DNA from: Candidatus Hydrogenedentota bacterium
GTDB lineage: Bacteria > Hydrogenedentota > Hydrogenedentia > Hydrogenedentales > SLHB01
Direction of reading: 5' to 3'
Length of the DNA stretch: 64,000 nt
Assembly: GCA_963674865.2 (NCBI GenBank)
Contig: CAXXYE010000011.1
Coordinates: forward strand, 1 to 64,000
This document shows, in pieces, positions 37,048-47,867 of the stretch. The notes under the pieces are model-generated. The model was not told the DNA's origin. It did no database searches and worked only from the letters and a program-made list of their open reading frames with translations. Made by a program: the position numbers and the translations under genes. Each line of letters begins with the position of its first letter. The stretch's first letter is position 1.

Positions 37048-38050
37048 ACTCACCCGCCTTGAGCACCTCTTTGTTGACGCAGTAGCGGGGTGGTTTGCCG
37101 TCCAGCCCCAGGTTGATATCCTCGACGATCTTCTCGCGGATGGTCCAGGCGGCGTCTTCACTGTACCAGGAGAGGTGGGGCGTGAGGATGGCGTTGTCCA
37201 TATCCAAGAGCGGATAGGTATCGGTCGGCGGTTCCGTGTCGTAGACGTCGATTCCGGCGCCCGCGATCGTGCCTTCGCGGAGGGCTTCGGCCAGGGCTTC
37301 GTGGTCCACCATCGGTCCCCGCGAGGTATTTATCAGGTAGGCGGTCGGCTTCATCAGTTTGAGCGTATCGCGGTTGACCAGATGCCGGGTCTCGTCGTTC
37401 AGGGGCGTGTGAATGGAGATGAAGTCGGACTCGCGGAAGACCTGTTCGAGCGGGACCGTATCCGTTCCCAGCCGCTCCAACCGGGTTGCGGAAAGATAGG
37501 GATCGCAGATCAGTATCGTCTCGAAGCCGAAGCTTCGCATCTTTTCGAACAAGGTGCCGCCGATGCGGCCGCAGCCGATGATTCCCAGGGTCTTGCCGGT
37601 CATGCGGTAGCACTTGGCCAGCGGAGTAAAATCCCACTGGCCCCGGGCAATGGAATCATCGAGGATCTTGCGGCTTTGGGGCACCTGTCTGGCACAGGCG
37701 AAGATCAGCGAGATCGCCTGCTCGGCCACCTCTTCCATGCAATAGTCGGGGCAGTAGGCGAAGGGGATACCCCTGGCGGTGCATGCGTCCACGTCGACGT
37801 TATCGTAGCCGGCACCGTGTCGGATGAGTCGTTTGCACGCCTTGAGCGAGTTGATCACGGAGGCGGGGAAAGGCACCATGTTGACCACGATCACGGTGGC
37901 GTCCTCGACCGCGGCGATAACTTCCTCCTCGGGACGGAACTTGAGTTGCAGAGCGGTGAAGTCCACCCCGCGCCGTTCCATCTGTTCGGCTTCCCAATCC
38001 ATGTCCGGTTCGATATAGTCGGTCACCACGACCTTGGGTCTTGGACTCAT
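37046..38050 (-). CDS. D-isomer-specific 2-hydroxyacid dehydrogenase (CtBP/SerA-like)
   Basis: RHGAGYDNVD, GIIGCGRIG, SIHTPL, INTSRG, GIDVY..EP, TPHLSWYS. Confidence 0.92.
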   Translation of the reverse strand: MSPRPKVVVTDYIEPDMDWEAEQMERRGVDFTALQLKFRPEEEVIAAVEDATVIVVNMVPFPASVINSLKACKRLIRHGAGYDNVDVDACTARGIPFAYCPDYCMEEVAEQAISLIFACARQVPQSRKILDDSIARGQWDFTPLAKCYRMTGKTLGIIGCGRIGGTLFEKMRSFGFETILICDPYLSATRLERLGTDTVPLEQVFRESDFISIHTPLNDETRHLVNRDTLKLMKPTAYLINTSRGPMVDHEALAEALREGTIAGAGIDVYDTEPPTDTYPLLDMDNAILTPHLSWYSEDAAWTIREKIVEDINLGLDGKPPRYCVNKEVLKAGE

Positions 38051-38159
38051 GTGCTTCTCCATTCGGCTCGTCTGATTGCGTTTGCTGATTGTTGTCCGCC
38101 GGTCGAGGTCGTGTGTGGGGTCGGTTCCGGTGCGGCGGCGAAAGGCGGGCTTGGCGGGG

Positions 38160-39221
38160 CTATTTCAATTCGACCGCTTGGCCGCTCTGGGACGATTTGT
38201 AGATTGCCTCGACCACCTGCAGGGCCTTGACGGCGTCGTCGCCGCCGATTTGCGGTTTGCGGCGACGGCGGACGTCCTGGGCTATTTCCGCCACATACTC
38301 CAGCCCCAGCGAGCCGCAGTAGCCGGGCAGGGCGTCGAGTTCGAAATCGATTGTCTTGCGGGGGGCGCCCCCGAAACGGGGATCGTTGCTGCATACAAAG
38401 AGAGTCTGCCGGGTGCCTTCGAAGGCGGGCGCGTAGTTGATGCAACCCTCGGTCCCGCGGAGCGAGAGGTAAAGGTCCCGCCCGAACGGATAGCTGTCGG
38501 GCACGGTATAGCTGATGTCCAACGAGAGCGTGGCGCCCGTGTTGAAGGTACAGATAGCGAAGGAGTTGTCTTCGATGTCGTAGTCTGCATTGACTTGGAC
38601 ATTCTTTCCAATCACCTGGGTGATTTCACCGTCAAGCAGCCAGCGGAAGAGGTCGATCCAGTGGACGCCCAGATTGTACATCGGTCCTCCGCCGCTTTTT
38701 TTGCGATCCAGCATCCAGGCGGCGTTTCCCTCGATGTAGCGGTGCAGCCCACCCGCCGCACAGCGCCCCTCGCAGCCTACGATTCGGCCGAGGATCCCCG
38801 AATCGACGATCCGCTTCATCTCGCGACAGACGGGGTGATAGCGCCAGAGATAGGGCGTGCTGAAGAGGACCCGGTTCTCGCGGCAGGCTTCCACGATCCG
38901 CTTGGCCCGCAGTGCCGTGTTGGCGACGGGTTTCTCGACCACGAGGTGGATTTCTTGTTTGGCACACGCAATTGCGGCGGCCGGGCACTCGTCGTGGGGC
39001 AGGAAGATGTAGGCCAGGTCGAGTTCTTCCTTCGTCAGCATCTTCCGCCAGTTGGCGTAGGCCGAGACGCCGAAGTCTCGTTTAAACCCGGCGCGGAGTT
39101 CCTCGGTGGGGTCGGCGACCGCCACGACCTTGGTGCTCGGCGTGGCGTTGAAGTGCGGCATGTAGGTCCGCGGATGCAGATGTCCCAAACCGATGATGCC
39201 GACTTTCAGCGGACTTGCCAC
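38160..39221 (-). CDS. Gfo/Idh/MocA oxidoreductase
   Basis: KVGIIGLGH, HLVVEKP, SGGGPMYNLGVHWID; GTG start after AGGAG. Confidence 0.9.
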   Translation of the reverse strand: MASPLKVGIIGLGHLHPRTYMPHFNATPSTKVVAVADPTEELRAGFKRDFGVSAYANWRKMLTKEELDLAYIFLPHDECPAAAIACAKQEIHLVVEKPVANTALRAKRIVEACRENRVLFSTPYLWRYHPVCREMKRIVDSGILGRIVGCEGRCAAGGLHRYIEGNAAWMLDRKKSGGGPMYNLGVHWIDLFRWLLDGEITQVIGKNVQVNADYDIEDNSFAICTFNTGATLSLDISYTVPDSYPFGRDLYLSLRGTEGCINYAPAFEGTRQTLFVCSNDPRFGGAPRKTIDFELDALPGYCGSLGLEYVAEIAQDVRRRRKPQIGGDDAVKALQVVEAIYKSSQSGQAVELK

Positions 39222-39766
39222 GGGGTCCGTCTCCTGCAAAAAGAGGAAGCGCTTGACGATCAAGCCAGTAAGAATAACCCGCCAGGTGGGAAGCTGGCAA
39301 GGACTGCGGACCGGCGGTGACGGAGCCGCATGGTTCCAAGATGGGGCGACGCCGGAGGGTTGGTGTCCGTCTGGGCGGCGAGAGATATATCGTGAAATCT
39401 CCCGAGGGCACGGCTGGCAAGGGCAACCCCCTTGTTTGAGTGGGGTATTCCGAGGCTATCGCACCCCCTCTGCTGAGTTGAACCGGCGTGGACTCGCATT
39501 TCTCACCAGCGCGGGACATGCTGGAGTCAAGACTACTTCGAGCGGGGCATCATGGGGTGGCTGGAGAAGTAGAGGCTATTGCCAAGTCCCCAGAAAGCAC
39601 GCTTCGGCGCTAGACACGGATAGGGGGGGGTGGGATAGAATGGTTGGGATCGAAAGACTGAATCGGCGTTACCTGTTGCGTGTTTCCGGTGTTGTATAGC
39701 CTGTAACGACATCCACCGGTTGGCGAATGCAACGTGGTGAGCCACGTACGGGAGTGAAGGGGTTCA

Positions 39767-41419
39767 ATGAAGACATTAACGGCATGGGCGATTGTTCTGC
39801 TGACGTTGGCGGGCAGCGCGGCGTTCTCAGAGACGACATCAAACATTTACGAGAGCCCCGTCCCTCTGAAGCCCACGGGTCAGATAGACAAGATCGTGCT
39901 TGCCAAGCTGGCATCGATGGAGATCAAGCCGGTCCGCTGCTCGGATGCGGTGTTCCTGCGACGAGCCTATATGGACGTGATCGGTACGCTGCCTACCGCG
40001 GAAGAGGCCAGGAAGTTCATTGAAGACACGGCCAAGAACAAGCGTCATGCCTTGATCGATGACCTGATGGCGCGGGATGAGTTCGCGGATTACTGGTCGA
40101 TGAGATGGGGCGACGTTTTGCGGATTAAGGCTGAATTTCCCATCAACCTTTGGCCCAACGCGGCGCAAGCTTATCACCGCTGGGTGCGGGCGTCGATCGT
40201 CCAGAACAAGCCGTACGACCAGTTTGCCCGGGAAATGCTGACTTCCAGCGGCAGCAATTTTCGCGTTGGACCGGTGAATTTCTACCGCGCCGTACAGAAC
40301 AAGACTCCCGACGGCATCGCCACCGCGGTGGCCCTGACGTTCATGGGGGCGCGAGCCGAGTCTTGGCCCGCGGAGCGTCTGGCGGGCACGGCGGTGTTCT
40401 TTTCACAGATCGGCTACAAGCCGACCAGCGAGTGGAAGGAGGAGAACGTCTTCTGGGATCCTCTCCATCTGGCCGGTGTGGCGGGCAACGTGGCGCCCGG
40501 CCAGGCGGCCGTCGATCCGTCTTTGCCGGCCGGCGGCGAAGAGCCGGCCGAAGTGCCGGCCAACAATAAGCCGCTGGCGGCGGTCTTTCCGGACGGCACC
40601 AAGATTCAATTGGCCCCCAACCAGGATCCGCGGGAAGCTTTCGCCGATTGGCTGATCGCGGAAGATAATCCCTGGTTCAATCGGGCCATCGTGAACCGCG
40701 TCTGGGCGTGGCTCTTGGGACGGGGAATCGTCCATGAGCCGGACGACATCCGGGACGACAACCCGCCGAGCAATCCAGAGTTGCTCGCCTATCTGGAGAA
40801 AGAACTGGTCGAGAGCAATTATGATTTGAAACATCTCTACAGGTTGATCCTGACCTCCGAGACATATCAGTTTTCTTCCATGCCCCGGTTTACCGAGCCG
40901 GAGGCCGTGGCCAATTTTGCCAGCTATCCGATCCGCCGATTGGATGCGGAAATACTGATCGACGCGGTCAACGATATCACCGGTACGACGGATCTCTACA
41001 CCAGCGCCATCCCGGAGCCGTTTACATATATTCCGCGGGATATGCCGGCAATCGCCTTGGCGGACGGGAGCATCACGAGTTCGTTCCTGGCATTGTTCGG
41101 CCGATCGGCGCGAGCCACGGGGATGCAAAACGAACGGGATAACGACCTCGTTCCCGCCCAGTGGCTGCACATGCTCAATTCGAGCAATATCCAGTTGAAG
41201 CTTGAACGCGGCCCCAAGCTCAAGACGGTCTTCGCATCCGGCAAGCAACCGGCCAGGATGCTGGAGGATCTTTTCCTGACGATTCTCTCGCGTTTCCCAA
41301 CGCCGGAGGAGGCGCAGACGGCGGCGGAGTACGCCGAAACCCCGGGAGCCAAGGGCCAGGCTGCGCTTGACCTTGCCTGGTCTCTGATCAACAGCACCGA
41401 GTTTCTCCATCGGCACTGA
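39767..41419 (+). CDS. DUF1549/DUF1553 planctomycete protein
   Basis: FLRRAYMDVIGTLPT, NKPYDQFAREML, VNRVW, NPPSNPELL, RRLDAE, WSLINSTEF. Confidence 0.92.
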   Translation: MKTLTAWAIVLLTLAGSAAFSETTSNIYESPVPLKPTGQIDKIVLAKLASMEIKPVRCSDAVFLRRAYMDVIGTLPTAEEARKFIEDTAKNKRHALIDDLMARDEFADYWSMRWGDVLRIKAEFPINLWPNAAQAYHRWVRASIVQNKPYDQFAREMLTSSGSNFRVGPVNFYRAVQNKTPDGIATAVALTFMGARAESWPAERLAGTAVFFSQIGYKPTSEWKEENVFWDPLHLAGVAGNVAPGQAAVDPSLPAGGEEPAEVPANNKPLAAVFPDGTKIQLAPNQDPREAFADWLIAEDNPWFNRAIVNRVWAWLLGRGIVHEPDDIRDDNPPSNPELLAYLEKELVESNYDLKHLYRLILTSETYQFSSMPRFTEPEAVANFASYPIRRLDAEILIDAVNDITGTTDLYTSAIPEPFTYIPRDMPAIALADGSITSSFLALFGRSARATGMQNERDNDLVPAQWLHMLNSSNIQLKLERGPKLKTVFASGKQPARMLEDLFLTILSRFPTPEEAQTAAEYAETPGAKGQAALDLAWSLINSTEFLHRH

Positions 41420-41497
41420 TTTCTTTCAAATTCGCAAGAGGGTTTTTGACCCCTTGACCACCGATACGATCGGACCAATACAGAGGAAGCCGAAAAC

Positions 41498-42871
41498 ATG
41501 AGCACGAACCGCAGATCGGACAATGGAATGCAAATCTCTCGGCGCGAGGCGATCCGCCGCGGGCTTTGTGGGGCGGGTGGAGTGTTGCTGGCGGATCGTC
41601 TGGGCTCGAGTGCCTCGGCGTTCGTGGCGAAGCCTGAGAACGCCCCGCCCAAATCGAAGTTTCCGGTCAAGGCCAAGTCGGTGATTCAGATCTTCTTGTG
41701 GGGCGGGATGTCGCATAACGACACCTGGGATCCGAAGCCGGATGCGGGTCCCGAGTATATGGGTGAGTTCTCCAAGGTGATCGACACGAACGTGACGGGG
41801 ATCCAACTCAACGCGATCTTTCCCAATCTGGCCCAGCAGGCCGACAAGTATTCGCTGATCCGCAGCATGACCCACGGCGTCAACGGCCACGAGACGGCGG
41901 CCTATCTGATGCAGACGGGGCATAGCCGCGGCGAGCGTTTGGCATATCCCAGCGTGGGAGCGGTGTTCGCGTTGTCCAAGGGTCCGGGCTACAAGGGATT
42001 GATTCCCCCTTATGTAGTCCTGACGAAAGCTCAGGGACGTTTTTCGGAGGAGGGTTTTCTGGGGCCGAATTTCAAACCCTTTGCCACCGGCGGCGACCCT
42101 AACGCGACCCGGTTCGAGGTGGAAGGCGTGGTTGCCAAGGGCATTACCGACGATCGCCAGAAGAGACGTCGCGAATTGCTGGGCAAGATGAACACCATGG
42201 GCAATACGATGGCGGTCGATCCACGATTGAAGTCGGCCGAGGAGGCCAAAGACGCGGCCTACGAATTGATTTTGGGGCAAGGCAAGGAGGTCTTCGATCT
42301 GGGGAAAGAGAAGAAGGAATTGAGAGATCTCTACGGACGTCACACCTTCGGGCAAGACTGCCTGGCGGCTCGACGGCTGGTGCAGGCCGGCGTTCCCTAT
42401 GTTGTGATCAACTATCCCGGGGGCTGGGACACGCACAAGAACCACTTCCAGACAATGAAGCGGCAGGTACCGCAGCTCGACCAGGGTCTGGCGATGTTGC
42501 TCAAGGATTTGAGCGATCAGGGGTTGCTTGACAGCACGCTGGTCTGGTGTTGTGGCGAGTTCGGGCGAGGCCCCAAGGTGGACTATCAACCGCCTTGGAA
42601 CGGTGGCCGCAACCATTACGGCAAGGTCTTCTCTGTTCTGGTGGCCGGGGGTGGATTCAAGGGTGGCCAAGTGGTCGGTTCGTCGGACGAGACGGGTGCA
42701 AACGTGAAGGACCGGCCGGTCTACCCGGTCGATCTGCTGGGCAGCATCTATCAGTTGGCCGGGATCGACTCCAGCGCCACACTACCCCACCCCTTGGGCC
42801 TGGAGGCGCACATCCTGCCCACCGAAGCGGAAGGCGCCAAGTCGGGGGGGCGTCTGACCGAGATTATGTAG
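41498..42871 (+). CDS. DUF1501 Tat-exported planctomycete protein
   Basis: SRRE Tat motif, LWGGMSHNDTWDPKP, ARRLVQAGV, GGWDTH, GEFGR, GGRNH. Confidence 0.92.
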   Translation: MSTNRRSDNGMQISRREAIRRGLCGAGGVLLADRLGSSASAFVAKPENAPPKSKFPVKAKSVIQIFLWGGMSHNDTWDPKPDAGPEYMGEFSKVIDTNVTGIQLNAIFPNLAQQADKYSLIRSMTHGVNGHETAAYLMQTGHSRGERLAYPSVGAVFALSKGPGYKGLIPPYVVLTKAQGRFSEEGFLGPNFKPFATGGDPNATRFEVEGVVAKGITDDRQKRRRELLGKMNTMGNTMAVDPRLKSAEEAKDAAYELILGQGKEVFDLGKEKKELRDLYGRHTFGQDCLAARRLVQAGVPYVVINYPGGWDTHKNHFQTMKRQVPQLDQGLAMLLKDLSDQGLLDSTLVWCCGEFGRGPKVDYQPPWNGGRNHYGKVFSVLVAGGGFKGGQVVGSSDETGANVKDRPVYPVDLLGSIYQLAGIDSSATLPHPLGLEAHILPTEAEGAKSGGRLTEIM

Positions 42872-42964
42872 CGAGCGGTGGCGAAACGGTGGATTCCGGC
42901 GCGTGCCGGGTTCCACGCATCGCGCTACCGTAACCTTCCTGTACGATATCTGGCTGAAGAGACA

Positions 42965-45106
42965 ATGGAGCGGATCATGAGGAAAGTTATCTGGCTTCCA
43001 ATTCTGGTGCTCACCGGGTTGATGGCAATGGCATCCTCGGTGGCGGGTCAGCAGACACCGTACATAGGTTTTGTCTATCCGGCCGGCGGCCAGCGGGGCA
43101 CCACGGTCCAGATCCGCTTGGGCGGACAGCGCCTCACCGGGGTCAAAGATGCCGTCGTCACCGGTCCCGGCGTCTCGGCCAAGCTGAATAAGTTCTATAG
43201 GAGGCTCAGCAATCAGGAAATCCAACTGCTGAGGGAGCAGGTGAGGGAGTTGAGAAAGGGGGCGGTCAGGAGGGGTAATGGCAGGGGCAAGGGCAAGGTG
43301 CAAGATCCCAAGAAGCAGGAGTTGATCGAGAGGATCGAGAAGAGGATGAAAGAATGGGTCAACCGGCCCGCTTGCACCGCGCTGGCCGAGATTGCCATTT
43401 TCGACGTAACCATAGACCCCGACGCGGAACCCGGCCCGCGCGAGATACGACTGGTGACGGCCCGCGGGGTCTCGAATCCGATGGTGTTTTACGTCGGTCA
43501 AGTGCCCGAGGTTGCCAGAAAGCCGATGAGTACGTGTGTCTTTCAGGTGCTCGGCAAGGAGAGTCTGGCCCAGCGGAAGAGACCTCCCGAAGAGGAAGAA
43601 GAGACGATCGCGGTGCCCTGCACCATGAACGGCCAAATCGCATCGGGCGAGGTCAACCGGTATCGTTTCGAGGCCAAGAAGGGTCAACGATTGGTTGTCA
43701 CTGTGAGTGCGCGGGAATTGATACCCTATATTGCCGACGCCGTGCCCGGCTGGTTTCAGCCGATCTTGTCGCTTCACGACGCGGACGGGAAAGAGGTGGC
43801 GTTTAGCGACGACTTCCGTTTCAAGCCCGATCCGACTCTCTACTGTGAAGTGCCCAAGGACGGCGAATACGTTTTGTCGATCACCGACGCCATCTACCGG
43901 GGCCGCGAGGATTTCGTCTACCGCATCACGGTCGGTGAAGTGCCGTTTGTGACCAGCATTTTCCCCCTGGGGGGCCGAGTGGGAGAGCCTGCAAGCATCG
44001 AGATGGAGGGCTGGAATCTCACCAAGGCAGAGCTGGCGCCGCCTCCCAAGGACGCTCAAGCGGGCGTCTACCAGCTTAGCGCCAAGGCCGGCAAATTCGT
44101 TTCCAACCGTATGCCGTTTGTGCTGGGCACGCTGCCGGAATGCCTCGATCAAGAATCCAACAACGATCAGGCCCACGCGCAGAAGGTCAAGCTGCCGATC
44201 GTTGTCAACGGGCGGACCGACAAGCCGGATGACTGGGACGTGTTCCAGGTGGACGGCAAGGCCGGGGATACGATCGTGGCGGAAGTCAGTGCCCGACGGC
44301 TGGATTCTCCGCTCGATTCGATTCTCAAGGTCACCGATTCGGCCGGCAAACTCTTGGCCGTCAATGACGATTGCACGGACGTGGGATCGGGTTTGAACAC
44401 CCACCACGCAGATTCCTACCTGATGGTCAAGCTGCCCGCGGACGGAGCTTACTACGTGCACCTGGGCGATACGGCCCGTAACGGCGGCAAGGAGTATGCC
44501 TACCGACTGCGGATCAGCCCGCCGCGTCCCGATTTTGAGTTACGGGTAGTGCCGTCCAGCGCGGCGCTGCGGAGCAGGGCGGGGACCGCCGTGACCGTCT
44601 ATGCAATCCGCAAAGACGGGTTCTCGGACGACATCAAGATCAATCTGAAGGACGCCCCCAAGGGGCTGAAGTCGTTCCCCGTTACGCTGAAGAATGACAA
44701 GAAGAACGTGCGGCTGTGGGTGAAGACGACCTTGGCCCAGACGTGGAAGCCGATGGCGCTTGCGATTGAAGGCCGGGCCAAGGCTGGAGAGCAGAAGTTG
44801 GCCCATCAGGCGGTGCCGGCGGACGACAGGATGCAGGCATTCCTCTGGCGGCATCTGGTTCCGGCGGCAGACCTCAAGGCCGTGGTCTATAACCCGTCGT
44901 ACCAGCCACCGCCGACCCGCGTGGCCCCGCCGATGACCGACGAGCAGAAAGCCGAAGCGGAGGCCAAAGATCCGAAGACGACACGCAAGTTCACCAAGCG
45001 CCAGGTGGCCGGACGTTTGCGACAACTCAAGGGCCTCTTCGAGGAATGGCTGATCACAGAGGATTTCTACAATCGCAAGGTTGCGGAGTGCGAAGCGGCG
45101 CTTTGA
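42965..45106 (+). CDS. Secreted PPC (pre-peptidase C-terminal) repeat protein of the DUF1501/DUF1553 cluster
   Basis: PYIGFVYPAGGQRGTTV, repeated D.YRF.A..GQ..V.V.AR / LDSPLDSIL modules. Confidence 0.8.
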   Translation: MERIMRKVIWLPILVLTGLMAMASSVAGQQTPYIGFVYPAGGQRGTTVQIRLGGQRLTGVKDAVVTGPGVSAKLNKFYRRLSNQEIQLLREQVRELRKGAVRRGNGRGKGKVQDPKKQELIERIEKRMKEWVNRPACTALAEIAIFDVTIDPDAEPGPREIRLVTARGVSNPMVFYVGQVPEVARKPMSTCVFQVLGKESLAQRKRPPEEEEETIAVPCTMNGQIASGEVNRYRFEAKKGQRLVVTVSARELIPYIADAVPGWFQPILSLHDADGKEVAFSDDFRFKPDPTLYCEVPKDGEYVLSITDAIYRGREDFVYRITVGEVPFVTSIFPLGGRVGEPASIEMEGWNLTKAELAPPPKDAQAGVYQLSAKAGKFVSNRMPFVLGTLPECLDQESNNDQAHAQKVKLPIVVNGRTDKPDDWDVFQVDGKAGDTIVAEVSARRLDSPLDSILKVTDSAGKLLAVNDDCTDVGSGLNTHHADSYLMVKLPADGAYYVHLGDTARNGGKEYAYRLRISPPRPDFELRVVPSSAALRSRAGTAVTVYAIRKDGFSDDIKINLKDAPKGLKSFPVTLKNDKKNVRLWVKTTLAQTWKPMALAIEGRAKAGEQKLAHQAVPADDRMQAFLWRHLVPAADLKAVVYNPSYQPPPTRVAPPMTDEQKAEAEAKDPKTTRKFTKRQVAGRLRQLKGLFEEWLITEDFYNRKVAECEAAL

Positions 45107-45271
45107 GTCAAGTGGGATACCGGAAACGCACCGTGTGGATTCGGTGGATTCGATCTTCCCGCCGCGTAACGGCGAGTCTTGCGCAGTCTTCCTGACTTGC
45201 GTTCGAGTAGAGCAGCTTGTGCTTGAGCATAACAGCCCGCTCGGAGACGCACACAGAACTAGGAGCCGTCC

Positions 45272-46654
45272 ATGAACTCTCGCCTGGTCATGCTCTGTTC
45301 GTTTGCCGTCCTCTTACAGGCAGGTCTATCGGCCGCTGCCGTCGAGGCGGCTCAGGCGGTTGAAGTGGCCGGGGCCAAGCTTGCGTTCGTCGACTATCAG
45401 GGACCGGCGACCTTCTCGGTCGAATCGCCCGAGAAGCACAAACTGCTAATCGACTTCGACCCGCGAACCGAGCGAGAGCCGCCGGTTCTTCGCATCGAAC
45501 TCGCCCAGAGCGGGCCCAAGACCTGGCCCTTTTTCGACGTCGAGGTGCTCGATGCGGACGGTCGGGCCATTTCGGTGCGGCGGCCGGGTATCGAGTGGCA
45601 TACGCTGTTCCTCAAGCTGCCGGTGGAGCGGGGCAGGTTTGTCGTGCATGCGGTCGAGCCACCCGCGGGTCGCCCAAAGCGATCTTCAAGCAAGGAACGC
45701 CAGGCTACGGATCCCGCCACCGGTTTGAGTGTCGCGATCGCCGACTGGTACGGCGGGCGCCGCGCGGCCCTCAGCATTCGCTTCGACGACTCGCATCCCA
45801 CGCATCTGTCAAAGGTCGTTCCCACGCTGGATGAGTATGGATTCCGGGGCACTTTCATGGTCAATCCGGGTGAACATCCGCCCAACAGCCGGCGGCGTTC
45901 CGCCTTTCATACTCAGCGGAGCGAATGGGAAGCCGTCGCCCGCCGCGGCAACCACGAGTTTGCCAACCACACCCTGCACCATCAAGGGGCGCAAAACGAC
46001 GAGGAGATGGAATACCAGGTCGGTGAGGCTTGCGAGGCCATCTGGAGACTCTTTCCGGATAAGAGCAAGCTGCTGGCCCTCAATCTTGGCGGCGGCACCT
46101 ACTGGGAAACTACCAGAACCTTGCGCTACTACCTCGACAAGTATCATCTCTTCGACATCTCGGGGTCCCTGGGGATGGATGACGTCTACGGCAATCGCGT
46201 CGAGGCATTCCGTCAACATCTCCAGCGGCACCTGGACCGGTCCGGCTGGTGCAGAATGCACTATCACGACATCGGCGATGACCACGGCGCCAGCGAAGCC
46301 AACTTCCGTGCCGCTTTGGACATCGCCAAAGAACACGAAGCGGAATTGTGGATCGCCGGCATGGCCGATATCCATAAGTACCAGACCGAGCGCGATCAGG
46401 CCACGTTGGCAATCGCCAACCGGGGCCCCCGCCGGGCCGCCGTGACTCTCTCCTGCTCCACCGATGCGAAACTCTACGACCAAGACCTGACGATCGAGCT
46501 TGCCTTGCCGCAGGGCTGGTCGCCAGAACAAGTCACGGTCAGCCCGATCGAGCCCGGCCGGGTTGTTTCGCCGGCTTCTATCTCGGATAATACGGCGATT
46601 CGTTGCGATCTGCCCCCGATCACCGCGACGTACATCGTCGAGAAGACGCAGTGA
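45272..46654 (+). CDS. Secreted polysaccharide deacetylase-family protein
   Basis: LSIRFDDS, FRGTFMVNP, HEFANHTLHH. Confidence 0.78.
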   Translation: MNSRLVMLCSFAVLLQAGLSAAAVEAAQAVEVAGAKLAFVDYQGPATFSVESPEKHKLLIDFDPRTEREPPVLRIELAQSGPKTWPFFDVEVLDADGRAISVRRPGIEWHTLFLKLPVERGRFVVHAVEPPAGRPKRSSSKERQATDPATGLSVAIADWYGGRRAALSIRFDDSHPTHLSKVVPTLDEYGFRGTFMVNPGEHPPNSRRRSAFHTQRSEWEAVARRGNHEFANHTLHHQGAQNDEEMEYQVGEACEAIWRLFPDKSKLLALNLGGGTYWETTRTLRYYLDKYHLFDISGSLGMDDVYGNRVEAFRQHLQRHLDRSGWCRMHYHDIGDDHGASEANFRAALDIAKEHEAELWIAGMADIHKYQTERDQATLAIANRGPRRAAVTLSCSTDAKLYDQDLTIELALPQGWSPEQVTVSPIEPGRVVSPASISDNTAIRCDLPPITATYIVEKTQ

Positions 46655-46705
46655 CCGGGACAAGGTGGTAATCCGTTACGCCCAGGAAAGCTTAGGTGAA
46701 GTGAG

Positions 46706-47851
46706 ATGAACCAAGAATCCTGTTTGAACGACGCGAAGAGAAAAACCGGATCCGCGAACAGGCGACGTTTCCTGCAATCGGCGATCGGTGCCGGGCTGAC
46801 GCTGGGGGCGGCAAGCGGCCGGGCGGCACTCGGTAGATCGAAGGGCGAAGGCGACAAGATCCGCGTGGGTCTGATCGGGACCGACGGGCATACGGGCGTG
46901 ATTCTGGGGAGCATTCAGAAACTGCCGGGAGTGGAACTGACGGCCTTTGCCAAGAGCCTCCCGGAGGACGATGCCTCGGGTATCCGACGCAACAAGGCGT
47001 TTTCCCAGAAGGCTCGCGTCTACGACCGGTTCGAGGAGATGTTGGAGAAGGAAGAGCTGGACGTGGTCGGTGTCTGCCTGCCCTACTACCGCAATCACGA
47101 GGCCTCGATTGCGGCGGCCCGCAAGGGGATCCACATCGTCTCGGAGAAACCGATAGCGACCACGCTGGCCGGTCTAGCGGAGTTAAAAAAAGCGGTGACC
47201 GAGTCGGGCGTACGGCTGACGTCGTTGATGAACATGCGCTGTTTTCCGCCCTATCGAGCGGCTCGAAAGGCGGTCCAAGAAGGTTTGATCGGCGAACCGA
47301 TTCTGCTCACCTCGCAGAAATCGTATCGGTTCGGGGCCCAGAGGCCTTGGTTCTACAAGAAAATGGAGACTTACGGCGGCACCATCCCCTGGGCGGGAAT
47401 CCACTCGATCGACTATATGCGCTGGACTACCGGTCGAGAGTACGTCGAAGTGTCGGCCTGGCACGGGAATCGAGACCATCCGGAGTATCCCGGTTTTCAG
47501 GACCACGCCGGTGTTCTTTTCAAGTTGGACAACGGCGGCACCGCGATGAGCAACCTCGACTATCTGCGGCCCGACAGCGCTCCCACGCACGGGGACGACC
47601 GCCTGCGGATTGCCGGGAGCGAAGGCGTGCTGGAAGTGCTGGGGGCCGAGCGGCGCGTTAACGTGATTACCGCTTCGGGTGGATCCCAGGGGTTGGAGAT
47701 GCCCGAAGAGGTCGATTTCTTCGCGGACTTCATCGCCGAACTTGCAGGTGAGGGTGAACACCTTATCAGCCAGGCGGATGCTTTTCGCTTGACGGAGGTC
47801 TGTTTGAAAGCCCGGGACGCGGCGGAGTCGGGGAAGTGGACCCGGGTTTGA
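46706..47851 (+). CDS. Tat-exported Gfo/Idh/MocA oxidoreductase
   Basis: NRRRFL, VGLIGTDGH, HIVSEKP, GIHSID. Confidence 0.88.
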   Translation: MNQESCLNDAKRKTGSANRRRFLQSAIGAGLTLGAASGRAALGRSKGEGDKIRVGLIGTDGHTGVILGSIQKLPGVELTAFAKSLPEDDASGIRRNKAFSQKARVYDRFEEMLEKEELDVVGVCLPYYRNHEASIAAARKGIHIVSEKPIATTLAGLAELKKAVTESGVRLTSLMNMRCFPPYRAARKAVQEGLIGEPILLTSQKSYRFGAQRPWFYKKMETYGGTIPWAGIHSIDYMRWTTGREYVEVSAWHGNRDHPEYPGFQDHAGVLFKLDNGGTAMSNLDYLRPDSAPTHGDDRLRIAGSEGVLEVLGAERRVNVITASGGSQGLEMPEEVDFFADFIAELAGEGEHLISQADAFRLTEVCLKARDAAESGKWTRV

Positions 47852-47867
47852 TCGAGAGGGCAATTGG

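Noticed and set aside
39400..39600. Possible REP-associated tyrosine transposase remnant (GWRSRGY) and REP-like end
   Set aside because: Only a 7-residue resemblance, with no HUH motif or continuing frame.
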